A DNA stretch of 39,156 bases. It comes from a virus. Its lineage: Duplodnaviria; Caudoviricetes. The notes below the pieces were generated by a model that did no database searches, had not been told where the DNA came from, and saw nothing but the letters and a program-made list of their open reading frames with translations. A program made the position numbers and the translations under genes. Positions 16,543 through 24,093 of the stretch are shown piece after piece. The stretch is taken from the IMG/VR virus record IMGVR_UViG_3300030397_000442, positions 1 through 39,156 of that record; one strand, given 5' to 3'. How positions within the stretch are numbered: position 1 is the first letter of the stretch; every line of letters begins with the position of its first letter.

Positions 16543-17015
16543 ACGTCCATCCCCAGCAGTCGCTTCATGTTGGCCAGTTCTCGCGCCCCAGCTTCCTGCG
16601 CGGCCTCTCGCGCCGACAGGTCTTCCAATCGACGCTCGGGTCGGTAAATCTTGTGGCATTGAGTTTGTCCCGAGTACTTGAACCCCCCGTCCGTCCCGAG
16701 ACACATGGCCCGAAACTCCGGCAGGGTTGGCGGGAAGGTGTCGCCGCGATCAAGGCACCGCTGCAGCCCTTTGGCGTACTGGTCATTTCGGACCCCAGCC
16801 AAACCTCGAAGCCATGTGTCATTCGGTGCGTCCCCCTGCTGCGAGGCCCAGGTGTGGCCGAACATTTCCCCCATGCGCTCCCAGAGCGTCCACAGGGGGT
16901 GGTTCGCTGGCAGGCTGTCCGCCCGGAGCGGCTGCTCTCGCGGCTCGGGTTCTCTCAGCGGGGGTTTGTTTGCGTCCAGCCGTTGCTGGATTTCCTCCAG
17001 GTCTATGCGCGGCAT
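16539..17015 (-). CDS. Replication protein P-like helicase loader
   Basis: LWERM..MFG..W, W..GL, GL..C...FPPTLPEFRAMC; follows the initiator; GGAGA RBS. Confidence 0.75.
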   Translation of the reverse strand: MPRIDLEEIQQRLDANKPPLREPEPREQPLRADSLPANHPLWTLWERMGEMFGHTWASQQGDAPNDTWLRGLAGVRNDQYAKGLQRCLDRGDTFPPTLPEFRAMCLGTDGGFKYSGQTQCHKIYRPERRLEDLSAREAAQEAGARELANMKRLLGMDV

Positions 17016-17742
17016 CGGTTTCTCCGTTGTCGTTCAGGTAGCTCTCGAAGTTTTTGGGGCGGAACAGGGTGTCCGGTCTGAGATACTGAGCCCGCTCAGT
17101 TCCAAGCCAGCGCATACAGCGGTTGGAAATCACAGCCAAACAGTCCTGCTCGGTGAAGCCGTCCCGCAATCGCGCTATGACCGCGCCCCGGTTGTTTTTG
17201 GTTAGCCGGAAGTGTTTTCCAGCCTGGCGGTTGAGTTCCTCGATCACCCGGTCGGCCACCACCACAAAGTCCGGTTCACCGGACAAAGTGTTTTTACTAC
17301 TGGTTAGTGGTTCTTGGTTAGTGGTTAGTGGTTTAGGCTTTTTTCGGCTTTGTTCCGGCTTTCCCCGGCTTTCCGTCGGGTTTTCTTTTAAACCCGCCGG
17401 GTTTTTTTCTTTAACCGGGGGTTTTTTTGGCCTTCCGCCCTTTTTCCCTTTCTCGGACTGCAGTTCCTTGAACTTCTGGTATTCTGCGACCTCTTCTTGC
17501 ACTCTTTTCTGGACGTATTTCCCGGCACCGTCAGGGGTGAAGAACTTACTCAAAACAAAGTCCACAGCCTCGATTTCTTCCGCCGTACTGGCCCATACCC
17601 AATCAATGGCCTCGTCCCTGGTGGGGAACGTTTCACGGTCATAGCAGGCGTCCAGAAGAAGGTTATAAACACCATGCTGGATAATGGTTAGCCGTCCCGC
17701 CTTCTTGGCGTAGTCGCCCAGGTTTCGCTTGTAGTAGTGCAC
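16819..17742 (-). CDS. Replication initiator (YdaU/DUF1376 N-terminus, conserved phage C-terminal domain)
   Basis: MHYYKRNLGDY...L...HGVY.LLLD..Y, GKKGGRP, YLRPDTLFRPKNFESYLN; GTG at 17742 is coupled to the upstream TAG. Confidence 0.85.
   Translation of the reverse strand: MHYYKRNLGDYAKKAGRLTIIQHGVYNLLLDACYDRETFPTRDEAIDWVWASTAEEIEAVDFVLSKFFTPDGAGKYVQKRVQEEVAEYQKFKELQSEKGKKGGRPKKPPVKEKNPAGLKENPTESRGKPEQSRKKPKPLTTNQEPLTSSKNTLSGEPDFVVVADRVIEELNRQAGKHFRLTKNNRGAVIARLRDGFTEQDCLAVISNRCMRWLGTERAQYLRPDTLFRPKNFESYLNDNGETDAAHRPGGNPATAGRKQTPAERTRAARAAAPGGQPASEPPPVDALGAHGGNVRPHLGLAAGGRTE
17301..17432. repeat. Replication origin: iteron-like repeats inside the initiator gene
   Basis: Five tandem TGGTT(AG/CT/TA) heptamers (17301-17335), then CGG(C/G)TTT repeats at ~10-11 bp spacing with T-tracts; lambdoid origins lie within the initiator gene. 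Confidence 0.7.
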
Positions 17743-18431
17743 TAACCAGCGCCCTCGGTTTTCGATTTCAATAGGAGCATGTGGTGAAAGCAAGGCTCGC
17801 AGTACTTCACACCATCAATTGGGGAGGCAGCATCAACCATCTCCGCACATCCGCCACAGCAAACCTCGCCAGGCACCTTGTTTTCTTCCCACTCATCAAA
17901 ATCCGAGTTGCTATCTCGTACCAGCTTGAGAGTGGTCTTACCGTCGGCTCTTGAGAGGTGCTTTTGGCGCCCAGTCTTTCTCCCATCCAGCCATTCTTTG
18001 TACCTGGATACAGCATCAGCCACTGCGGCAGAATCGAGAAAGCGAAGCGCGTTGGCGATGTAGATTGGGTGTTCCTGCAGAATGGAGGAAAATTCGCCGC
18101 AGGCCTCCACAGCCGGTATTGAGTCGGCGTAGACAAGGTTGTAATCGATTTCGTATGCCGCTGCGCTCATCACAGCAGCAACTGCTTCAGGAAGATCGCA
18201 CTTGAAGAATTCTCTGTTTTTGTTTTCGCGGTATTCATCAAGTGAGTCATGCGCCTCACGCTCTGCCTCTACGCAATCACTGACCAGCACCTCGAATTCA
18301 ACAATAAACGGCTCAGGAACCCCCGTTTGATATATCGTGCTGGCCCGCTTCCTGCCCCCTTCGATAGATCGACCAATCTTGAAATACCCAGGCATCGCCG
18401 GGTTGCTCAGAACGTAGACATACCCCTTCAT
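17742..18431 (-). CDS. T5orf172/GIY-YIG domain protein
   Basis: GYVYVLSNPAMPG.FKIGRS...TGVPEPF...E...H..L...R...NREFF; C-terminal CxxC...CxxC. Confidence 0.85.
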   Translation of the reverse strand: MKGYVYVLSNPAMPGYFKIGRSIEGGRKRASTIYQTGVPEPFIVEFEVLVSDCVEAEREAHDSLDEYRENKNREFFKCDLPEAVAAVMSAAAYEIDYNLVYADSIPAVEACGEFSSILQEHPIYIANALRFLDSAAVADAVSRYKEWLDGRKTGRQKHLSRADGKTTLKLVRDSNSDFDEWEENKVPGEVCCGGCAEMVDAASPIDGVKYCEPCFHHMLLLKSKTEGAG

Positions 18432-18616
18432 CACGCCACCAGCCGATATGTGGCGCACTTGCCCTGCTTGCGCTCTGTGTGGATCTTGTGGCCCTGATCG
18501 CGCAGTTCAGATATGCGGGCCGCCAGTCGATAACAGCCGTACTTGTCGAGGGCTTGAAGTGGGTTGATTGTCCTGTGGCGCTTCAGGTGGCCCAGGATGC
18601 GAGATTTTTGACTCAA
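18431..18616 (-). CDS. Winged-helix DNA-binding protein
   Basis: SQKSRIL.HL....IN.LQA...YGCYRLAARISELR..GH.I. Confidence 0.8.
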   Translation of the reverse strand: MSQKSRILGHLKRHRTINPLQALDKYGCYRLAARISELRDQGHKIHTERKQGKCATYRLVA

Positions 18617-19053
18617 CGTGTTGCCCCCATTCTTTGCTTGGCAGCCAGCAGTTCAGCCCGGCGCCGCTCCAACTCCTGTAGCTCGTCATCCAGGGTGCGC
18701 TGGCAGTTGAGCATTCCCTTTTCGTATAGGTCGGCCCATTGGTCGATGGCGCGGTTCTGGCAGAGTTGCTGGAGGTGGATCTGTTTCACCCTCGGCAGAT
18801 ACCGGGGGCGCTTGTTGTGGTCTGAGTTGAGGATCGTGTTGAACCCGCCCTTGGTCATGCCCAGTTCTTCAGCAATCTCTTCCTGGGATAGCGGGGATTT
18901 GGATTTGCTTACACAAAGCCGGAAAGCGGCCTGCTCGGTGTCGCACATGGCAACGATATTGGTCGGCAAATCAACAACTTCCGTGTTGTACTCGCCCAGC
19001 AGTGGAATCTCGCGCTGGAGATTCTTGCTTGGGTTTGCTTGCGCTTCCTGCAT
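18613..19053 (-). CDS. CII-like XRE transcriptional regulator
   Basis: HTH LSQEEIAEELGMTKGGFNTIL; follows cro and tR1; start at 19053 has a GAGGTGGAG RBS. Confidence 0.65.
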   Translation of the reverse strand: MQEAQANPSKNLQREIPLLGEYNTEVVDLPTNIVAMCDTEQAAFRLCVSKSKSPLSQEEIAEELGMTKGGFNTILNSDHNKRPRYLPRVKQIHLQQLCQNRAIDQWADLYEKGMLNCQRTLDDELQELERRRAELLAAKQRMGATR

Positions 19054-19085
19054 TTCTCCACCTCTCGTAAGCTTGGGTTTGCTTG
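19025..19085 (+). promoter_or_regulatory. CII-type binding site / pRE-like element
   Basis: TTGC-N6-TTGC at 19025-19038; the 15-mer GCTTGGGTTTGCTTG is repeated at 19027 and 19071, flanking the cII-like start and oriented toward cI. Confidence 0.5.
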
Positions 19086-19099
19086 AGGAAATGACCGAC

Positions 19100-19127
19100 A
19101 AAAAACCCCGTCACATGGACAGGGTTT
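19100..19127 (-). terminator. tR1-like terminator after cro
   Basis: AAACCCTGTC-CATGT-GACGGGGTTTTTT on the minus strand. Confidence 0.75.
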
Positions 19128-19129
19128 GG

Positions 19130-19339
19130 TTATGCGACTGCTTCGCCAAAAACATCAGGACGCAAATCAGCGCGGGTTACCTCGCCGCCGGTCGCCCGCT
19201 CGATTGCGCGGCACCAGGTGGCGGGAATCGGCCTTCTGCCGGTCACCCACTGGCTGACAAAACTTTGAGTAGTGCCGATTGCCTCAGCCAATTTGGCTTG
19301 CCCGCCAAGCTGAGAAACGGCCTTTTCGATTGCGGTCAT
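19130..19339 (-). CDS. cro: Cro-like repressor (YdaS family)
   Basis: AIEKAV..LGGQAKLA..IG.TQ.FVSQW..G.RPIP...C..IE.ATGG.VTR.DLRPDVFG; GGAGG RBS; divergent from cI. Confidence 0.9.
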   Translation of the reverse strand: MTAIEKAVSQLGGQAKLAEAIGTTQSFVSQWVTGRRPIPATWCRAIERATGGEVTRADLRPDVFGEAVA

Positions 19340-19358
19340 CTGACACCTCCTGCCCGTA

Positions 19359-19427
19359 ATAATAGCACCGCTGTTATTCAAGTCAACAGCTGTGCTGCTT
19401 GCTACTCATTAGCACTGCTAATAGGGT
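19359..19427. promoter_or_regulatory. OR region: pR, pRM and three operators
   Basis: Operators AATAGCACCGCTGTT (19361), AACAGCTGTGCTGCT (19385), ATTAGCACTGCTAAT (19408). pR on minus strand TTGACT-16-TATTAT; pRM on plus strand TTGCTA-17-TAGGGT. Confidence 0.8.
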
Positions 19428-19433
19428 GAAGTG

Positions 19434-19868
19434 ATGGCTGAAAGACGACCGCTAACCGCTGAAGAAAAACTGTGGGCTGAAAACCTCAGCAAGATTTGGC
19501 ACGCCAAGAAAAAGGGGCTAGGGCTGACTCAACAAAAGGCCGCCGAGATCGCCGGATGGAGTTCCCAAGGCTCTGTTACCCAGTACATAAACGGCAAGAT
19601 TCCACTGAACACTGATGCGAAGATTGCTTTTGCCAAAATGCTTGAAGTCCCTGTATCGGATATTGACGACCAGATGTCATTAGCTGGCATTGCTGAAAAA
19701 GCCGGAGTCCTCAAGCCTCCCAGCAATACTATCCTGATGGGCACACTGAAGGGCCTGCCAGCAAAACAGAAAATGGCAATCATTGAGGCATTTGCGGAGC
19801 AGATGTCGCGTGATGACGCTATTCGCGCAATATCAATTCTGGCGGCTCGGGCGCAGGCGGATTCTTGA
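19434..19868 (+). CDS. cI: CI-like repressor, lambda-type N-terminal HTH, no S24 peptidase domain
   Basis: RRPLTAEE...L..IW..KK..LGLTQQKAA...GW.SQ.SV.QY.NG.IPLN resembles lambda CI; only 144 aa with a short helical C-terminus. Confidence 0.88.
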   Translation: MAERRPLTAEEKLWAENLSKIWHAKKKGLGLTQQKAAEIAGWSSQGSVTQYINGKIPLNTDAKIAFAKMLEVPVSDIDDQMSLAGIAEKAGVLKPPSNTILMGTLKGLPAKQKMAIIEAFAEQMSRDDAIRAISILAARAQADS

Positions 19869-19974
19869 TAAGGTCGAACAAGGCCCATTTGCCGGCATCG
19901 TCTAAGGCCTCGTACATGGCGAGAATGATCTGATCCAGGGGATCGTTACTATCTGGTTCCTTTTCAGTAGGCAT
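19819..19974 (-). CDS. Putative SOS-inducible antirepressor (51 aa) overlapping the cI 3' end
   Basis: MPTEKEPDSNDPLDQIILAMYEALDDAGKWALFDLIKNPPAPEPPELILRE; downstream of a LexA-box promoter; alternative in-frame TTG at 19986 with GAGAGG RBS. Confidence 0.55.
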   Translation of the reverse strand: MPTEKEPDSNDPLDQIILAMYEALDDAGKWALFDLIKNPPAPEPPELILRE

Positions 19975-20142
19975 AACAGTTCCCAATCATGTGCCTCTCG
20001 GCAGTGAGTGAAAACACGGGGCAGATCCGGCGGGAATGTTGGACATTAAGTGACGGGTGGGGCCTTCCGCCTGGCCCCATTGCTTACCCTTCAACATGCT
20101 TGGCTATCCGTGCAGAGCGCATGAATAAACATAGCGGGCATA

Positions 20143-20174
20143 AGGGTATTCGCCAGAACTGTTGTTATCAACAG
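20143..20174 (-). promoter_or_regulatory. LexA (SOS) box overlapping a leftward sigma70 promoter
   Basis: CTGT-TGTTATCA-ACAG (20159-20174) fits CTGT-N8-ACAG; minus-strand TTGATA-17-TACCT-type promoter (TTGATA 20171-20166, TACCCT 20148-20143). Confidence 0.7.
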
Positions 20175-20211
20175 GTAGCTTTTGTAACGGGGTAATCAGA
20201 TTTTGGAAGTG

Positions 20212-20227
20212 CTGTATGTGAATACAC
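20212..20227. promoter_or_regulatory. Second, imperfect LexA box
   Basis: CTGT-ATGTGAAT-ACAC, one mismatch from the consensus. Confidence 0.45.
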
Positions 20228-20340
20228 GTAGCGTAATCGAGCAGGTTCGCAGCCTTTATTAATCAAATTCGCCCACCAGGTAGCACCACCCTGCCCCTTT
20301 AACTAATCTGATAGCGCCGCAAGGCATCGACCTCCTAATT

Positions 20341-20363
20341 GCCCGCCCCGTGCGGGCTTTTTT
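20341..20363 (+). terminator. Intrinsic terminator ending the immunity transcript
   Basis: GCCCGC-CCCGT-GCGGGC-TTTTTT. Confidence 0.8.
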
Positions 20364-20404
20364 GTGCCCACCTGTCGCCTGACTGTACACCCGCGAAAAT
20401 AAAT

Positions 20405-20445
20405 AACAGCACCGCTGTTGACTTATCTATCAGCATTGCTATTAT
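20405..20445 (+). promoter_or_regulatory. pL-like early promoter with two operators
   Basis: TTGACT-16-TATTAT, same architecture as pR; operators AACAGCACCGCTGTT (20405) and ATCAGCATTGCTATT (20429). Confidence 0.85.
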
Positions 20446-20478
20446 TTACCCATCCCTACCAACAACAGGTATCCAGCG

Positions 20479-20751
20479 ATGGGAACAGCAGAGCAAGCCA
20501 AAGAAGCCCATACAGCGCAGCTGATCGAGCGCATGGGCCAGCCTGCAAGCCGCTATGAGGAAGAGTTGACCCAGCGGCATGAGGCCTTGAGTAGCGCCGC
20601 TGCAGCCCTGCTGGAGTCAATCGATGAGGCTGCGAGCGCCAAGGAAGATCTGGAGCTTGCAGCCCGCCTCCACGCGAAAGCCCAACAGGTATACGACGAA
20701 GCCTTTGCCGATGTGGTGATGAAGGCTCAAGCAGCGGAGAAAGAGCAATGA
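20479..20751 (+). CDS. Hypothetical acidic coiled-coil protein, first gene of the pL operon
   Basis: 90 aa, ATGA-coupled to the next gene. Confidence 0.7.
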   Translation: MGTAEQAKEAHTAQLIERMGQPASRYEEELTQRHEALSSAAAALLESIDEAASAKEDLELAARLHAKAQQVYDEAFADVVMKAQAAEKEQ

Positions 20752-21896
20752 TTGGAATGGTTCACTTTAGCAACCCCGGCGAGATTGACCCGCGCATGTG
20801 GTCAACCTTTGGGGTGTCGGTGAAAGAAAACGACAACGCCATCGGCCAGTTTGGAACAGGGCTTAAGTACGCCATTGCTGTACTGATGCGCGAAGGCCGC
20901 AGCCTGGTGATCCGCTCCAAGAGCAACACCTATGTGTTCGGTATTGAGCAAACCGATATTCGCGGAAAAGAGTTTGCGCAAATCACCTGCAACGGCGAAC
21001 CGCTACCCTTCACCACCCACCTGGGGGCCAAGTGGGAGTTGTGGCAGGCCTACCGGGAAATTTTCTCCAACTGTCTGGATGAGGGCGGCTCACTTGGTGA
21101 GGGCGGGGATACCGTTATCTCTGCGGAGCTGGCAGACGTTCGCCACGATGATGTATTTCTACAGAAAGATCGATCCCTGATTCTGGCGTCGAGCTTTCAC
21201 TGCGACGTATACCCCGGCCAATCCTATTACATCTACCGGCGCGGCATCCGGGCAATGGAGCTGGAGACGCCCAGCATGTTCACCTACGACCTTCAGACCG
21301 CCGACCTGACCGAAGATCGAACACTGAAATACAACTGGGAAATCGGGTACGGAATCGGCAATACGGTAATGGAGTCCGATGACCCGAGTTTCATTACCGA
21401 TTTCCTGACGCAAACCAAAGGCTACTTCGAGGAAAGGCTGTCTCTCGGTGGTGGCGCTAACCCATCCAAGGCGGTGCGGGAAGTTGTGTCTCAGTTCCGT
21501 CGGGAGAGCGTCTATCTGCAAAACTCCCTTATGGAGAAGGTGCTGCCCACTCTCGGGGCGCAGCGCTTCGACTTCAAGGCCATGAATGCCCACCAACAGG
21601 AAGTGGTTCGCCGGGCCTGCGAGTTCTGTGAGCGCATTGGCTATTCGGTGGATTACCCGATCAAGCTTGCCGCAGACCTTGGCGGGGGGACTCTTGCCCT
21701 GGCGGATCGCAAGACACAACAGATTTATCTTTCAGAGCGCGTGCTTACCCAAGGCCTGAAACAGGTTGCATCCACCGTGCTGGAGGAAAACCTGCACCTG
21801 AAAGAAAGGCTGGATGACAACACCTACGAAATGCAGTCCTACCTGTTCGACCAGATTATCACGATGGGCGAAAAACTCACGGGAGAAGTGCTGTGA
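20748..21896 (+). CDS. GHKL-type ATPase domain protein with C-terminal zincin-like region
   Basis: G2 box IGQFGTGLKYA, N-box-like REIFSNCLD, C-terminal LALA....IYLS...TVLEENLH. Confidence 0.75.
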   Translation: MIGMVHFSNPGEIDPRMWSTFGVSVKENDNAIGQFGTGLKYAIAVLMREGRSLVIRSKSNTYVFGIEQTDIRGKEFAQITCNGEPLPFTTHLGAKWELWQAYREIFSNCLDEGGSLGEGGDTVISAELADVRHDDVFLQKDRSLILASSFHCDVYPGQSYYIYRRGIRAMELETPSMFTYDLQTADLTEDRTLKYNWEIGYGIGNTVMESDDPSFITDFLTQTKGYFEERLSLGGGANPSKAVREVVSQFRRESVYLQNSLMEKVLPTLGAQRFDFKAMNAHQQEVVRRACEFCERIGYSVDYPIKLAADLGGGTLALADRKTQQIYLSERVLTQGLKQVASTVLEENLHLKERLDDNTYEMQSYLFDQIITMGEKLTGEVL

Positions 21897-21988
21897 CTAC
21901 CGAAGACGTAATGGACGGGGTTATCACCCTAATGAGCATTCTGGCCGCCCTGTGGCTGCTTCTGAATGCCGGGCAGTTGTTCGCATGA
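21893..21988 (+). CDS. Small membrane peptide (31 aa)
   Basis: MTTEDVMDGVITLMSILAALWLLLNAGQLFA; GTGA and ATGA overlaps. Confidence 0.6.
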   Translation: MTTEDVMDGVITLMSILAALWLLLNAGQLFA

Positions 21989-22116
21989 AACTGGCAACCC
22001 ACATCCTGATAGCCATCGCTGGCTGCACGCTAATCACCTTTGCCAGCAATCCCATGGAAACCCTCGTTGGCAGCGGGCTGGTTGGCTATCTGGCAGGGAG
22101 GGCTGCACAGGTATGA
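21985..22116 (+). CDS. Small membrane protein (43 aa)
   Basis: MKLATHILIAIAGCTLITFASNPMETLVGSGLVGYLAGRAAQV; ATGA overlaps on both sides. Confidence 0.6.
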   Translation: MKLATHILIAIAGCTLITFASNPMETLVGSGLVGYLAGRAAQV

Positions 22117-22466
22117 GTAGTCACGAATTCGATTACGAGCTGGAGACAGGCCCTATGGGGAGAGTCACCGCCCGAGTTCTGTTCGACCACCAGCCCCGAG
22201 AGAGCGCCACACACAACTACCCAGGCTGTGCCCCCTCGATTGATATAGGCGCTGTGGAGGTGGCTGGCTTTGACATACAGGACATGCTGACCAAGGCCGA
22301 ATACGGCGACATTGAAGATGCCTGCTGGGCGCACATGGAAGAACTGGCAGAGCAGGAATGGAGCCGGATGGAGGCTATGCGGGAAGCGCGAGCAGAGGCC
22401 CACATGGAAAAGAACCGAGAGGATTACCGCCAGATGGCAGTAGAAGCGAGAGGGTACAAGCAATGA
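22113..22466 (+). CDS. Hypothetical acidic protein
   Basis: Start MSSHEFDY at 22113 with ATGA coupling and GGGAGG RBS. Confidence 0.7.
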   Translation: MSSHEFDYELETGPMGRVTARVLFDHQPRESATHNYPGCAPSIDIGAVEVAGFDIQDMLTKAEYGDIEDACWAHMEELAEQEWSRMEAMREARAEAHMEKNREDYRQMAVEARGYKQ

Positions 22467-23563
22467 GCGAGCAACAACTGACGATTGTCGAAAACCTGCA
22501 GCAGCTAGAAAAACCGTTCTCAGCACAGAACGCCTACGCCCTGAAGTTTGAGAGCGAGTGCCTGTTTGCCAAGCAGCAGATTACCAAGTCTGACTTCGCT
22601 ATGAATACCGCCAAGAACAACGTGCAATCGCTCAGGAGCGCGATTCTCAATGTGGCGGCCATCGGTATCAGTCTTAACCCCGCGACCGCACACGCCTACC
22701 TGGTGCCACGAGACAAGGCGATATGCCTTGATGTGAGCTACCGGGGCCTGGTCAAGCTGGCAACCGACTCTGGCGCTATTGAGTGGGCCAAGGCCGTGCT
22801 GGTTTATGAGGGTGACGAGTTCAAGTGGCGCGGCCCTGCTGAAATGCCTATTCACGAGGCTGACCCCTTCGACACAGATCGCATGAATGCCGCTGACCCC
22901 CTTCAGAAGCTGAAGGGCGGCTACTGTGTCGCCAAACTGGCCGATGGCACCTATATGACGGATGTAATGTCTGCCGCCGAAATCCTTGAGGTGCGCAATT
23001 CCTCTAAGGCCTTCACCAGCGGCAAAAGCTGTCCCTGGAAGGGCAAGTGGGCCGGGGAAATGGCCAAGAAAACGCTTGTGAAGCGGGCCAGTAAGTCGTG
23101 GCCGCAAAGCAATGGGCGAACCCGCCTCGACCACGCCATTGAGGTAATCAACGAACACGAGGGCTTCAGAGAGGAAGAAACCGTAGTCCGGCCCTCGGAC
23201 TTTGTGCGCCCCACAGAGGATCAGACCCAGCAGTACCTGGATCTGGCGAAGAACGGCAGCAGCGTTGAGTTCTACGCATGGTTCTACGAGCAAGACGAGA
23301 AGGTTCGCCCTTCCCTGCCCGGCTGCGAGTTCGAGAAAGGCACCAAGATGAAAACAATGGCCAGATTCAACGAGAAACTGAAGGACGGCCAAAAGACCCT
23401 CGAAGTGTGGTCAACGGATCTTCAAGCCCTGTGCGAGTCAGGCGATGAAGATGGCGTTGCCGAGTTTATGGGCGACCTTACCACCGTTGAGGCAAGGGCG
23501 GTCACTGACAAGCTCTCGCCTGAACACTCCATGTTTGTACAACGAATTGCAGAGGCAGCATGA
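22463..23563 (+). CDS. recT: RecT-family single-strand annealing recombinase
   Basis: [19 protein letters not shown]...AYLVPR...[11 protein letters not shown]...G and PW.....[16 protein letters not shown]. Confidence 0.9.
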   Translation: MSEQQLTIVENLQQLEKPFSAQNAYALKFESECLFAKQQITKSDFAMNTAKNNVQSLRSAILNVAAIGISLNPATAHAYLVPRDKAICLDVSYRGLVKLATDSGAIEWAKAVLVYEGDEFKWRGPAEMPIHEADPFDTDRMNAADPLQKLKGGYCVAKLADGTYMTDVMSAAEILEVRNSSKAFTSGKSCPWKGKWAGEMAKKTLVKRASKSWPQSNGRTRLDHAIEVINEHEGFREEETVVRPSDFVRPTEDQTQQYLDLAKNGSSVEFYAWFYEQDEKVRPSLPGCEFEKGTKMKTMARFNEKLKDGQKTLEVWSTDLQALCESGDEDGVAEFMGDLTTVEARAVTDKLSPEHSMFVQRIAEAA

Positions 23564-24030
23564 GCAAAGGAATCAACAAAGTAATTCTGATCGGCAACCT
23601 GGGCAACGACCCTGAAACCCGGTTTTTCCCTGACGGCGGCGCAGTTACTAACGCCAGCATTGCCACCAGTGAAAGCTGGAAGGACAGGGAGACTGGCGAG
23701 AAGAAAGAAAAAACCGAGTGGCACCGGGTGGTGTTCAAGGATCGCGGCAACTATCGGCTGGGCCAGATCGCGGGCGAATACCTGAAGAAAGGCTCAAAGG
23801 TCTACGTTGAGGGCAAGCTGCAAACCCGAAAGTGGGAAGACCAGTCGGGACAGGATCGGTACACCACTGAGATCGTGGCCAACGAAATGCAAATGCTGGA
23901 TGGCAAGCCGCAGGGCGAACAAGGGGCGCAAGCAACAAGGCAGCCAGCGACTGAGCAGGACAACGCAACACCGGGCGGGGATTTCGATGATGACATCCCA
24001 TTCGCCCCCATGCCTTCATTGGGGATCTAG
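23560..24030 (+). CDS. ssb: Single-stranded DNA-binding protein
   Basis: [43 protein letters not shown] tail. Confidence 0.97.
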   Translation: MSKGINKVILIGNLGNDPETRFFPDGGAVTNASIATSESWKDRETGEKKEKTEWHRVVFKDRGNYRLGQIAGEYLKKGSKVYVEGKLQTRKWEDQSGQDRYTTEIVANEMQMLDGKPQGEQGAQATRQPATEQDNATPGGDFDDDIPFAPMPSLGI

Positions 24031-24093
24031 TTTTTACGCCCGCCCCGACACGCTGCGATTTAGCTGGGGTGGGTCTTTTATTCGGAGAGAGCA

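Noticed and set aside
17301-17335. Telomere-like TGGTTAG repeats
   Set aside because: They lie in the initiator gene beside the iterons and encode its linker; better explained as part of the origin.
18613-19339. YdaS/YdaT toxin-antitoxin pair
   Set aside because: Position opposite cI with operators and tR1 shows these are Cro and CII equivalents.
18479-19429. 316-aa plus-strand ORF
   Set aside because: Antisense shadow across three genuine genes and the operator region; no recognisable motifs.
19989-20195. 68-aa plus-strand ORF after cI as a rex-like immunity gene
   Set aside because: No RBS, atypical composition, and it runs through the LexA box and leader hairpin of the opposite-strand unit.
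22520-23392. 290-aa minus-strand ORF (and similar shadows at 4509..5129, 28065..28820, 30331..31178)
   Set aside because: Antisense to well-supported genes in GC-rich DNA; no RBS or motif support.
24038-24079. Terminator after ssb
   Set aside because: The stem has a 19-nt loop and an interrupted U-tract; too weak to call.
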